Assembly: GCA_003427395.1 (NCBI GenBank)
Contig: BFEA01000043.1
Coordinates: 4,274,814-4,338,813, forward strand
Direction: 5' to 3'
Length of the DNA: 64,000 nt
From: Chara braunii
Lineage: Eukaryota; Plantae; Charophyceae
This document shows, piece after piece, positions 28,023-39,751 of this stretch (position 1 is its first letter; each line of letters opens with the position of its first letter). The notes beneath the pieces are model-generated. The model was not told the DNA's origin. It searched no databases and worked only from the letters and a program-made list of their open reading frames with translations. A program made the translations under genes and the position numbers.

Positions 28023-29769
28023 NNNNNNNNNNNNNNNNNNNNNNNNNNNNNNNNNNNNNNNNNNNNNNNNNNNNNNNNNNNNNNNNNNNNNNNNNNNNNN
28101 NNNNNNNNNNNNNNNNNNNNNNNNNNNNNNNNNNNNNNNNNNNNNNNNNNNNNNNNNNNNNNNNNNNNNNNNNNNNNNNNNNNNNNNNNNNNNNNNNNNN
28201 NNNNNNNNNNNNNNNNNNNNNNNNNNNNNNNNNNNNNNNNNNNNNNNNNNNNNNNNNNNNNNNNNNNNNNNNNNNNNNNNNNNNNNNNNNNNNNNNNNNN
28301 NNNNNNNNNNNNNNNNNNNNNNNNNNNNNNNNNNNNNNNNNNNNNNNNNNNNNNNNNNNNNNNNNNNNNNNNNNNNNNNNNNNNNNNNNNNNNNNNNNNN
28401 NNNNNNNNNNNNNNNNNNNNNNNNNNNNNNNNNNNNNNNNNNNNNNNNNNNNNNNNNNNNNNNNNNNNNNNNNNNNNNNNNNNNNNNNNNNNNNNNNNNN
28501 NNNNNNNNNNNNNNNNNNNNNNNNNNNNNNNNNNNNNNNNNNNNNNNNNNNNNNNNNNNNNNNNNNNNNNNNNNNNNNNNNNNNNNNNNNNNNNNNNNNN
28601 NNNNNNNNNNNNNNNNNNNNNNNNNNNNNNNNNNNNNNNNNNNNNNNNNNNNNNNNNNNNNNNNNNNNNNNNNNNNNNNNNNNNNNNNNNNNNNNNNNNN
28701 NNNNNNNNNNNNNNNNNNNNNNNNNNNNNNNNNNNNNNNNNNNNNNNNNNNNNNNNNNNNNNNNNNNNNNNNNNNNNNNNNNNNNNNNNNNNNNNGGAGG
28801 AGGGGGGGGCGGGGGGATGTATGGTTGGTGACAATTGTGCAGATCAAGAACGAGGGAATTTCTTGGGGGAGGCGAGGAGGAGAGACAGAAAGATAGAGAA
28901 ATGAAAGGAACATTGGGTTGGAGAGAAGCTATGTTTCCCTGGTCGTGGTGATTTTGTCCTCTTTTTTGCTTCCCTGTTGTTCGAGGCGGAGTTGTTGGGC
29001 CACCGTCACAACGCACCCTAATGACGAATGTACAAAATTAATTTTCCGGTTAGCTTAGATCGACTTCAGGGATATTTCTTCTTTTCCTCGAGAACGTTCT
29101 TCTTCTTCTTCCTCCAATGCTGCTTCTCCCTTAATGAGGAATGTACAAAATCGATCTTTGGGATCAGATGCAGTTTTATTCTTCCTCTGCATCTGCTTGG
29201 ATATCTTGCGAATCTCTCTCTCTCTCTCTCTCTTTTCCTCTCTCTCTTTTTCTTCACATCGCTTTCCCAATGCGCTCTTTGCTCCTTCATCATGGCATTT
29301 TGTCATGTTCAGGAGCATTTGGGAGAGCAATTGGTTCGTACGTCTGCCCGTTCGGTCTCTCTTGTCGTCTTTTTCTATCGTCTCTGCGCTTCGCGCGTGT
29401 TTCTTCAGGCATCGTTTCTTCTCTCTTTCTCTCTCTATGTCTCTCACTGTGTTTGTTTGTTCTCTTCAGGCTCTCTTCAGATCTCTTTCCTTTGCCTTTT
29501 GCTCGTTGCTTCTGTCTCTGCATTTCTCCTCTCCCTCCACATCTTCCTTCTCCTCTCTCTTCTTGATACTGGTTAAGACGTCCGGCTTCGGTCTTCCCCC
29601 GAACACAACCTACCCTGATGATGAATGCATACACACAGTATCAGGTTTTCCGGTCCCTTGCAGCCAGTATCAGGGTGCGTTGCATTCGCGGGAACACGGT
29701 AGGTAGGCCATGTCGAAGGCTGGTGCGCGAAAACAGTTGGCTGGGGTCAAAAGATGACCCTAATCACGC

Positions 29770-30395
29770 GAGTCGTATTCCTCTCCTGTGAGGCGGTAGA
29801 CCTCTCCTGTGAGAGTTGTATTCCTCTCCTGTGAGGCAGTAGCCCTCGCCTGTGAGTTTTGTACTCGTCTCCTGTGAGGCGACCAGACCTGCGGCCGACT
29901 TTTTTTTTTTTTTTTTTTTTTTTGGACTCCGCTTGAATCGAACCTTCGATTTGAAAAAGAAGAAAACCCAAAAGAAAACTCGAGTTGTATTCCTCTCCTG
30001 TGAGGCGGTAGGCCACTCCTGCTAGAGACAAATTCCTCTCCTGTGAGGCGGTAAGCCTCTCCCGACGTCGTATTTGAGCTGGGCTGGTTTTGCACCTATC
30101 ATAGCGTGCGTTGCGTTGGTTCCTGTGTGTCATATGCATGGACGTGTCGTGCATGATGGACGTCGAATTTGGTGTGCGAGTTTGGCGTCTTTATTCTTCT
30201 GTGACCTCTCCGGTGAGTTGTATTCTTCTCCTGTGAGGCGACCGTCTGCGGCCGTCTTTTTTTTTTTTTTTTTTTTTTTTTGGNNNNNNNNNNNNNNNNN
30301 NNNNNNNNNNNNNNNNNNNNNNNNNTTTTTTTTGGGGACCTGAGTTGACTCGAACCTTCGATTTGAAAAAGACGACCCACAAGAAAACTCGAGCA
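29770..30395. repeat. Minisatellite of GTATTCCTCTCCTGTGAGGCGG units interleaved with poly-T and a duplicated TCGAACCTTCGATTTGAAAAAGA block
   Basis: CTCCTGTGAG recurs about 7 times; block at about 29938 and about 30350. Confidence 0.7.
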
Positions 30396-30559
30396 TAATT
30401 TTTTCATTAGCTCAGTCTAATCCGACGAACGTTAGGGATTTGAAATTCGACCACGTGAAGCGAACCGTCAAGATTGGACAAGGTTGTAAGCTCGAACCTT
30501 GAAATTGGACCTGGTCTGTAAGTAAATAAATAAATATATAATTAGTTCAAAGTAATCAA

Positions 30560-30662
30560 GCATACTTAATTAATTAATTAATTAATTAATTAGTCAGTTT
30601 AATTAATTAATTAATTAATTAATTATCTAATTATTTAATTATCTAATTATTTAATTATTAAT
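30560..30662. repeat. (TAAT)n self-complementary microsatellite
   Basis: Direct reading. Confidence 0.9.
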
Positions 30663-31089
30663 TTCGACCTCCGATAACTGGACCTGGTGTCAATTTCAAT
30701 CTTTTCAAACAAATAGACAAATTGGACAGGAGCCCGGTCTTTTCGGTCTTCTGTAACTATGGAAGAAGCTGACATTGCGATGAGCTCTTCTTGTCTGTCA
30801 TTGTCTTCCCTCTGTTCTTTCCGCTTTCTATTTGTTCACCTTTTTTTTTGTTTTTACTTCCGCTTCTCTCGATCCTCTTTTTTCGTCTCCTTTTGTTCTT
30901 TTCCTCCTCCCTTTTATTTTTCATTTATTAACATTTTTCATTTTTTTTTTCTTTTTTTCAAAAAGAGCGACGGCCTCGAGATATCATCTTTGAGATGACC
31001 GGCCCGAAGTCGTTGATTGAGAATCATGTCTGATCTTACCTGGATTTGAACTTGGGTCTGTATGTCTGATCTTAATTAGTCAGTTAATT

Positions 31090-31520
31090 AATTAAGCTCG
31101 TTGGCTCCGTGCCACTCTCCCCCCCGTTCATGGGTGTACCAACTGAGCTAGGTCTGTCGGTCGACGTCCCATTTTGACTTTCGCATTCGGTTCTTTTTTT
31201 TTTTTCCCCGTTTTTCTGCTCTTTTTTCCTATCGTACTCTTCCCCTCTGTCCTCCCCTTTTCTCTCCTTCCTCTCTTCCATGCCCTTTTCTTTTTCGGTA
31301 TCTCAAGAAAAAGCGCCACGGCCTTGTGATACCATCATTGAACTCACCTGGCCCTAGTAATTCAGAGTTATTTTCTTCTGTTCTTCTGATTGCACCAGGA
31401 CTCGATCTTGAGTCTGTATTTCAACAGTCCGTGAGTGTATCAACTGAGCTAAGCTCGTTGGCTCCGTGCCACTCTCCCCCCCTTCATTTTTCTCTTCTTC
31501 TCTTCAAGTCCACACCGCTG

Positions 31521-31562
<42 letters not shown>

Positions 31563-32310
31563 GCTCTGTCAACTGCTCTTCTTCAGGGCCTCATTTCTCT
31601 TGCTAACTCTCTTCTGTCCTCGATAACTTGGATCTCAGTTGTGCTCTCTTTCTCAACTCCTAATTTTTGGTGCCTCATTTCTCTTGCTGACTCTCTTCTG
31701 TCCTCGATTGGATCTCTCTCCTTCTCTCTCTTTCTCACTCGCTCTTTCTCTCTCTCATTCTCTCTCCTTTTCTTCTTTTCTTTCTCTCTTTCTCACTCGC
31801 TCTTTCTCTCTCTTTCGCTTTCTCTCTCTCTCTCTCTTTCGCTCTCTTTCTCTTTCGCTCTTTCTCTCTCTCATTCTCTCTGTCTGAACTGCTATTCTTC
31901 TGTGCCTCATTTCTCCTGCTAACTCTCTTCTGTCCGCGATAACTTGGATCTCAGCTGTGCTCTCTCTTTCTCTCTCTTTCTCAACTCCTACTTTTCGGTG
32001 CCTCATTTCTCTTGCTGACTCTTCTGTCCTCGATTGGATCTCTCTCTTTCACTCTCTCTTTGTCACTCGCTCTTTCTCTCTCATTCTCTCTCTCCCTTTC
32101 TCGCTCTTTTTCTCTCTCTTTCTCACTCGCTCTTTCTCTCTCTCGTTCTGGCTGCCTTTCGCTTTCTCTCTCTCTCTCTCTCTCTCTTTCGCTCTCTCTT
32201 TCTCACTCGCTCTTTCTCTCTCTCATTCTCTCTCTGTCTCAACTGCTATTCTGTGCCTCATTTCTCTTGCTAACTCTCTTCCGTCCGCGATAGCTTGGGA
32301 TCTCTGCTGC
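31090..32310. repeat. Composite repeat: CCTCATTTCTCTTGCT(A/G)ACTCTCTTCTGTCC units embedded in (CT)n, plus duplicated AAGCTCGTTGGCTCCGTGCCACTCTCCCCCC
   Basis: Units at about 31589, 31673, 31905, 32001 and 32256; duplicate at 31094 and 31451. Confidence 0.7.
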
Positions 32311-34185
32311 TGTGTTCCATTTCTTTGTTTTTTAATTTCTTTTCTCCTCTCTCCTCTTTTCTCTCCTTATGTAGATGTAGATATGCGGTCGTCAGAGGGC
32401 AGACGCGAGACGCCACGCATGCACGGTTGGCAGTTAGCTCAGGCACACCGCCGTCTTTGGAGATTTTTAATTCCTATTTGGCTGAGCCAAATGACTTGAA
32501 AATTTATAGGCAGGTACCTCACGTCATAGAGAACTCACAAAAACAAATTCAGAAAATAATTTTTTTTAAGGCCCCGCATCATAGAGAACTCACAACATAG
32601 TCTCATCTCATCAAAAGATTTACAACTATTGAAGCTTCCGTACTGTCGATAATTTATCAGCTTTTGATCTTTCGTGTTTCTCTCCCCCTTCCCTTCTCCC
32701 CTCCCCCCCCCGATCCACGTTCCTTTTCCCTGGAGATGTCTGTCTGCTGATTTTGATCTCAAGGAGAGACGCCCCTAACACTGTTGAAGGCAGCACTTTT
32801 CCATCTTGTTCTTGTGTCATCTGTTTATCAACAGGCATGACTCCTCCCTCTTCTTTTCTTTGTGTAGTCTGTTTATCAACAGACTTCTCTCTTTGTGTGT
32901 CATCTGTGTAGCCTTGCAGGTGGGCTACACACACTACCTCTCCTCTGCCCCACTGCCGTCTCCTCTCTCTTCTCTTTTCCTTTTTTTTTTTTTCTCTTTT
33001 GAATAAGCCCCCCTCTCTCCTCCACCTCCCCCCATCAATTTCGATCTCCGCTCCCCACTGCTCTCTCCTCTCTTTGTAACCCGACTTTCTCAGCCGACGT
33101 GTCTTTTCCGCCACGTGTCTGTCCCTTTTCTCAGTTTCTCTTATCTCTGCTCTCTCCTTCTCTCTCTCGTCGACTTTTTTTAGTCAACATCTCTGTCACT
33201 TCGTGGTTCCACCCGTTCCCTCCCCCCCAACCCCCCCCNNNNNNNNNNNNNNNNNNNNNNNNNNNNNNNNNNNNNNNNNNNNNNNNNNNNNNNNNNNNNN
33301 NNNNNNNNNNNNNNNNNNNNNNNNNNNNNNNNNNNNNNNNNNNNNNNNNNNNNNNNNNNNNNNNNNNNNNNNNNNNNNNNNNNNNNNNNNNNNNNNNNNN
33401 NNNNNNNNNNNNNNNNNNNNNNNNNNNNNNNNNNNNNNNNNNNNNNNNNNNNNNNNNNNNNNNNNNNNNNNNNNNNNNNNNNNNNNNNNNNNNNNNNNNN
33501 NNNNNNNNNNNNNNNNNNNNNNNNNNNNNNNNNNNNNNNNNNNNNNNNNNNNNNNNNNNNNNNNNNNNNNNNNNNNNNNNNNNNNNNNNNNNNNNNNNNN
33601 NNNNNNNNNNNNNNNNNNNNNNNNNNNNNNNNNNNNNNNNNNNNNNNNNNNNNNNNNNNNNNNNNNNNNNNNNNNNNNNNNNNNNNNNNNNNNNNNNNNN
33701 NNNNNNNNNNNNNNNNNNNNNNNNNNNNNNNNNNNNNNNNNNNNNNNNNNNNNNNNNNNNNNNNNNNNNNNNNNNNNNNNNNNNNNNNNNNNNNNNNNNN
33801 NNNNNNNNNNNNNNNNNNNNNNNNNNNNNNNNNNNNNNNNNNNNNNNNNNNNNNNNNNNNNNNNNNNNNNNNNNNNNNNNNNNNNNNNNNNNNNNNNNNN
33901 NNNNNNNNNNNNNNNNNNNNNNNNNNNNNNNNNNNNNNNNNNNNNNNNNNNNNNNNNNNNNNNNNNNNNNNNNNNNNNNNNNNNNNNNNNNNNNNNNNNN
34001 NNNNNNNNNNNNNNNNNNNNNNNNNNNNNNNNNNNNNNNNNNNNNNNNNNNNNNNNNNNNNNNNNNNNNNNNNNNNNNNNNNNNNNNNNNNNNNNNNNNN
34101 NNNNNNNNNNNNNNNNNNNNNNNNNNNNNNNNNNNNNNNNNNNNNNNNNNNNNNNNNNNNNNNNNNNNNNNNNNNNNNNNNNNNT

Positions 34186-34440
34186 TTTCTCTTTTCTCCT
34201 TTGACCATTTTTGGCTGGCAGTTCTTTTCGCTTTTCTCCTTCTACGTAGTACCTTACTAATCTGTGTATGTGCTCAGGCAGTCCTTTTCTCTTTTCTCCT
34301 TTGACCATTTTTGGCTGGCAGTTCTTTTCGCTTTTCTCCTTTGACCGTTTTTGGCTGGCAAGTCTTTTCACTTTTCTCCTTCTACGACTTTTGGTTGGCA
34401 GTTCTTTTCTGTTTTCTCCTTTGACCTTTTTTTTTTTGGC
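34186..34440. repeat. About 40-bp minisatellite TTTTCTCCTTTGACCATTTTTGGCTGGCAGTTCTTTTCGC
   Basis: About 5 degenerate copies. Confidence 0.75.
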
Positions 34441-35002
34441 AATTCTTTAGTGACATGGCGCTAAGTATTCCACACGGAGGGCATACTTTGACTTATTTCT
34501 CGACGGAATTGCAGCCAGGTGCATTCCAGTCCGGCCGTAAATGCTGTCAGGTACATTTAACATAGCGGTAGTGGGAGTACGCCCTGAGTCTCCCAGGAAA
34601 GTGCACACTAAGCCTGCCAGGAAACACGACAAATAAAAAATAAGAAAAAAAGAAAAAAATAGAAAACAAGAAGGAAAGGAAAGAGAATGCCGGGGTTGAA
34701 GTTCATTGGCCATTGATTGTCTCAATTTTTTGGAAGCATTATAATAAAAAAAATTAACAAAATTTGAGAAAGGAAAGGAAAGAAAAAGAAGTGGAAAAGC
34801 ACCACGAGGCTGTGAATCTTACTTGTACAAATCACGATTCCGACGATCGCGGATAACGGGGGATAAATACAATATCTGATAGTAAAGATTTAGTAGAAAT
34901 ATTTTACATAAAGATTTAGTAGAAATATTTTACATTTACTGCAAAGTTTAAGAGAAAAAAACAGAGAGAAAGAGAGAAAAACAGATAGAAAGAGAGAAAA
35001 AC

Positions 35003-35033
<31 letters not shown>

Positions 35034-35184
35034 CAGAGAGAAAGAGAGAAAAACAGAGAGCTGAGAGAAGAGGAATACATTGATTCTTCCTTCCTAAACA
35101 CCGACGAAACAGTGTCGCAACCCTGCCCACGTTTGTTGTGCCTTTCTCCCGCTCTGCCTACGGCTCAGCGGGGAGCTCTCTAAA

Positions 35185-35971
35185 GGGCATACTCACACGA
35201 CCACGTATTTTTGTAAAATATTAAAAATAGTAAATTATTTTTGGGGTCACAAGGGGCACGTAATTTGCGTTTTCACGCACATGGGCACGTAAATGTGAGC
35301 GCCCTGGACAGCCGCGGGGTTACGTCTTTTGCGGGGGACCTCTGGAGGTTCCCGCAATTGCATATTTCTTTTAGACCTATTTCTTTCTGGAACAAAAAAA
35401 AATAATCTACGTGAAATCAATTCGTTTGGTGGGCAAACTCTCGAAAGAAGAAGAAAAAAAAAAACAGAGAAAAACGGGACCAATTCTAGGCTACCAGCCG
35501 GGCCGCCCGGGTCCCGGGTGGTCAGCCCGTGCAAGGACCAGGGAAGGTCCCAGCAAAATAATAATAATAATTAAAAAAATCGAAAAATTAGGAAAAAAAA
35601 CTATGTTATGCAGAAAAATAAACTGAACAACTTTTGCCTAAGGGTCACATCGAAATTCTTCACCAAATATAGAATAAAAAATAAAATTAAAAAAATAATA
35701 GTTTTATTTTTATTTTTTTATTTTTTTTTCGTCCGGCCGGGCAAGTGACCCAGGGCCACTCTGGTAGCCTAGGACCAATTTTATTTTTTTATGCATCGCG
35801 CTGTGTGACTCATCAGCCCCATATAATCGCTCGCATTTGGAGACCAGGTCGAGACTGTGTCCTGTCTGTTTTGTGGCTTGTACCGGTGGGCTGTGTGACT
35901 GCGAGGTGCCGTATAATTGCAAATTGGCTCACGTATAATTTGCGATTATACGTGCTAGTGTGAGTATGCCC
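35185..35971. mobile_element. Non-autonomous TIR element, PIF/Harbinger (Tourist)-like
   Basis: Perfect 14-bp TIR GGGCATACTCACAC..GTGTGAGTATGCCC; flanks AAA/TAA resemble a TAA target. Related single termini near 23697, 34575, 47318 and 54244. Confidence 0.7.
35486..35772 (+). mobile_element. MITE with 12-bp TIR and 8-bp TSD, nested in the Harbinger-like element
   Basis: CTAGGCTACCAG..CTGGTAGCCTAG with perfect TSD GACCAATT on both sides. Confidence 0.9.
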
Positions 35972-36097
35972 TAAGGCGAGCAGGAAGGCCAACAAGTGGG
36001 AGAGGACGCATACGTATAAATATATATGTGGCTGTGACAGACCTTTCTTTGTTTCGTGGGTGTTTTGCTGGCTTGTGATGGGGTGTGAACCGACAGT

Positions 36098-36320
36098 CTG
36101 TAGAGTTTTCCATCTGGTGTGGGTGAGTGATAGTCTACTTTGATTTTGGTTAAGGTGGATTATCACTTACAGTGTAATCAGTGAGGGGATTCTACAGACT
36201 GTTGAGGGTTCAGCCTCCTGATGAGTCGGTGAAACTCCGACTTAACAGTTTGTCACAGCCCCTCGTTTGTTGTCCTCTTCTCCCTCTCTGCCTACGGTTT
36301 ACCGGGCAGTTCTATTTGAC
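36098..36320 (+). mobile_element. Hammerhead-bearing repeat copy, core mutated (GAAA to TTAA)
   Basis: Ribozyme-like motif 36194-36253, shared upstream segment, family 3' tail ending TTTGAC before (TA)n. Confidence 0.85.
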
Positions 36321-36390
36321 GATATATGTTTATATATATATATTTGATATATATCTACATATAGACGATATATACAATATATTTGACGAT

Positions 36391-36422
<32 letters not shown>

Positions 36423-36496
36423 CAATATATACAATATATACAATATATACAATATATACAATATATATATACTATATATATATGTCTACATATATA

Positions 36497-36610
36497 TCGT
36501 CAAACAGAGCTGTCTGGTAAACCATAGGCATAGAGGGAGGGAGAAGAGGACAACAAACGAGGGGCTGTGACAAACTGTTTCGTCGGAGTTTCACCGATTC
36601 ATCAGGAGGC
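36497..36610 (-). mobile_element. Inverted, 5'-truncated hammerhead-bearing repeat copy
   Basis: Reverse complement reads GCCTCCTGATGAATCGGTGAAACTCCGACGAAACAGTTTGTCACAGCCCCTCG..; lacks the cleavage triplet. Confidence 0.88.
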
Positions 36611-36622
36611 ATATAAATATAT

Positions 36623-36737
36623 AGGGTTCAGCCTCCTGATGAGTCGGTGGAACTCGGAAGAAACAGTTTGTCACAGCCCCTCGTTTGTTGTCCTCTCTCC
36701 CTCGCTGCCTACGGTTTACCGGGCAGCTCTGTTTGAC
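36623..36737 (+). mobile_element. Hammerhead-bearing repeat copy starting one nt after the predicted cleavage site
   Basis: AT-rich run followed directly by AGGGTTCAGCCTCCTGATGAG..GAAACAGTTTG and the family tail. Confidence 0.85.
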
Positions 36738-36836
36738 TATAAAAACATATATGTTTTCCGTGAATTAGCATCCAGATGGTCTTTTTATTGATTTCAATGG
36801 AAGAAGGGCGCTTTAGATTGGGAGTAACACATCTGT

Positions 36837-36872
36837 GGGTAATTAGCTCAGTTGGTAGAGTGCCTCGTTACA
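36837..36872 (+). pseudogene. 5' half of an organellar/bacterial-type tRNA-Val(UAC)-like sequence
   Basis: GGGTAAT-TA-GCTC-AGTTGGTA-GAGT-G-CCTCG-TTACA: acceptor 5' strand, D-arm and anticodon arm 5' strand, then broken by (TA)n. No T-arm. Confidence 0.55.
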
Positions 36873-37008
36873 TATATATGTACCTTGAGGGCAGTGGTTG
36901 GTGGTCCCCACCACCGCAGAGGGGTATCAGTTGTCGGGCAGTCATTGATGCTTAACCACAGGGGGTTAAGGTGGATTATCACTACAGTGTAATCAGTTAG
37001 GGGATTCT

Positions 37009-37068
37009 GCAGACTGTTGAGGGTTCAGCCTCCTGATGAGTCGGTGAAACTCCGACGAAACAGTTTGC
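37009..37068 (+). ncRNA. Intact type III hammerhead ribozyme, predicted cleavage after GUU between 37018 and 37019
   Basis: Stem III GCAGACUGU/ACAGUUUGC; stem I GAGG-GUUCAG-CCUC; core CUGAUGA; stem II GUCGG-UGAAACU-CCGAC; GAAA. Confidence 0.92.
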
Positions 37069-37164
37069 CACAGCCCCTCGTTTGTTGTCCTCTTCTCCCT
37101 CTCTGCCTACGGTTTACCGGGCAGCTCTGTTTGACTACATATATATGCATATAGATACATGTGT

Positions 37165-37385
37165 GGCGGTGAAACTCCGACTTAACTGTTTGTCACAGCC
37201 CCTCGTTTGTTGTCGTCTTCTCTCTCTTTGCCTACGGGGTTAATCGGGCAGTTCTGTTTGTCACAGCCCCTTGTTTGCTGTCCTCTTCTCCCTCTCTGCC
37301 ACGGTTTACGGTTTGTCACAGCACCTCGTTTGTTGTCCCCTTCTCTCTCTCTGCCTACGGTTTACCGGGCAGCTCTGTTTGACTA
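37165..37385 (+). repeat. Three tandem partial copies of the hammerhead-element 3' tail
   Basis: GTTTGTCACAGC(C/A)CCT(C/T)GTTTG..CTCT..GCC.ACGG repeated at about 37187, 37256 and 37312. Confidence 0.8.
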
Positions 37386-37853
37386 TGTATTGCATATGTA
37401 ATATACATAGTCTTTTTGTTATTTTTTTTTGACTATGTATTGCATATGTAATATACATAGTCTTTTTGTTATTTTTTGTCCTGCACTTCGGGTCAACCCG
37501 CTCTGTGGAAAGCAATCTTTGTGCAAGGAACGGGAAGGAAGCAATTTTCTGTGTTTTTTTTTTTTTCCCGGAAAAATTGTAGACAGTAATCCTTAGAGAT
37601 GCACTTTTTTAAAATGTCGTCGTTGTTTGCGATACGACGTAATAAATTAAATGAATCGGTTTCTTGAAATTAGATCGTTAACTGCACTTGTTGTTATCGA
37701 ATTTATCTAGTTTAAAATTTCTCGAAATTATATCGTTTTCTTGAACAAAAACTATCTCCAATTTTCTTGAAATTAGATAATTTTTATTTTCTTTAATTTA
37801 GATCCGTAATGATTCCTATTTGTTTACGAAACAGTTGAAAAAAACTCTCTCTT

Positions 37854-37955
37854 GTCCTTTGGGACATCCGTTAAAATTGGAACGATGCAGAGAAGATTAG
37901 CGTGCCCGCTGCAGGGCAAGGATGACACACATAATCGAGAAATGGTCCAAAAACT
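37854..37955 (+). ncRNA. U6: U6 snRNA-like copy, variant or pseudogene
   Basis: GTCCTTTGGGACATCCGTTAAAATTGGAACGATGCAGAGAAGATTAGC..CAAGGATGACAC..ATCGAGAAATGGTCCAAA matches plant-type U6. ACAGAGA box reads GCAGAGA, ISL altered, no clear USE/TATA or long oligo-T. Confidence 0.85.
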
Positions 37956-39396
37956 TTCTCTTTGAGAATGTCGAAAATTTTTGGATTCGGTCCTGTCTGC
38001 AATACAGATCTGTGTTCACCACACACTGGTTTTTTGACTTGTCATAAATTTTGGTAAAATTTTGCTTTCTTGGGAAATGTCTACTGCTCACGTCAGCAAA
38101 TCAGATGGTGCCATGTGTCGCTGGTTTGCCGCGACATCGTTGATTGTTGTGTACGTCAACGATCTGTTGCTTTGTTTTGGGATGTGTTAATATAATAAAA
38201 TATTTTGGGATGTGTTAATATAATAAAATATTGCTTGAGGCAGTTTGTGCCGACATTAATTAGAATTGTGATCTAAGGTAGGATGATAATATGTGAGGTG
38301 TGATAATTGGAAGGAGGAAGTGAGATGAGTATTGAAACCCAATCTGGGCAATTCCGCAGGCAAAAGTCTGTAAGCTAAGCTGGTTGATGCTGTCAGTACT
38401 CCGGGTTAAATTTTGAGGTACCCGGCCTCGTTCAATGATTGGTAATGAAATGTGGCAATGTTGAAAAAAAACGAAAAAAACAAAGGATATCATTGAGGCC
38501 GGCCTCCGCACTATCACCCGGGAAGAAGGAAGACACTGGGGAGCATTACCCAGCTTCCCCTCACATTCTTTTCCTCAAAACTAACTTTTTTTTTTTTTTT
38601 TTTTTAAAGAACCTAGCTCCTCAAACTAACTGAGGACACCTTCGCTCATTTCTTTTTTTTTTTCCTTGAAAAAAAAAGAAAAACACACCCCAACACCTTT
38701 GCTCTTTCTCTCTCTCTCTCTCTCTCTCACTCACTCTCTTTTTTTTTGTTTCCTTTTTTTGCTTTTCTCTCTCGTCTATTTTCCAGGTATCGGTTTTGGT
38801 GTTGGCAACGTCTTTCAGCTGTCTTCGCTCCAGATTGTGCACTAAAGTCTTTATTTGTTTTTTTGTTTTTTTTTGCCTTCCGTTAAATTTGCGACCAACA
38901 AAAGAGCATACCCTTCCTGCCCGTTTCCATCCGTTTGGTTCCGTTTCTGTCCCACCATGTTGCGGATATCTAATAACATGTCACGAATATCTAATTGTTT
39001 AATAATATAATAATAATTATATGAGAATGTCTAATTATCTAATATATGGTTATAAAGTTTGATTATTTATGTGATAATGAATATCTAATCTTAATACGAT
39101 AATTATCACTCTCTTGGCACCGTCACACTTTATGGTGCGATTTCCCTTTTCTTGCACCGAAAGAGTACAAAGGAAAAAGGAGATAATGCAAGAAAAGCGG
39201 AAAAGAGAGTACAAGCCAAGTAAGGAAATGAGGGTAGCGTCCTCTCTTCCTTGCAGTTTACTCTTTTCTCTGTCGTTTCTTTCTTTGTTTCCTAATACGG
39301 AAAGCCAAGAAAGGAAGTCCAAGGTTGTGCGCTCTTGTCAATAGCTGTCTGACAATCTATATATTAAAACTTCAATAGTATATATGTGAGTATATA

Positions 39397-39751
39397 TCTG
39401 TAGAGTTTTCCATCTGGTGTGAGTGAGTGATAGTCTGCTTTGATTTTCGTCACAGGTACCTTGAGGGCAGTGGTTGGTGCCCACCTCAAGGTATCAGTTG
39501 TCGGACAGTGTAATCAATTAGGGGATTCTGCGGACTGCTGAGGGTTCAGCCTCCCAATAGTCGGTGAAACTCCGACAAAACAGTTTGTCACAGCCCCTCA
39601 TTTGTTGTCCTCTTCTCCCTCTCTGCCTACGGTTTACCGGGCAGCTCTGTTTGAGGATATACATCTGGTGTGGGTGAGTGATAGTCTACTTTGATTTTGG
39701 TTAAGGTGGATTATCACTTACAGTGTAATCAGTGAGGGGATTCTACAGACT
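39397..39751 (+). mobile_element. Degenerate hammerhead-bearing copy (39529-39655) followed in tandem by the start of another copy running into the gap
   Basis: Same upstream segment and tail; core decayed to CCAATAG/AAAA. 39663-39751 repeats 36112-36200. Confidence 0.82.
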
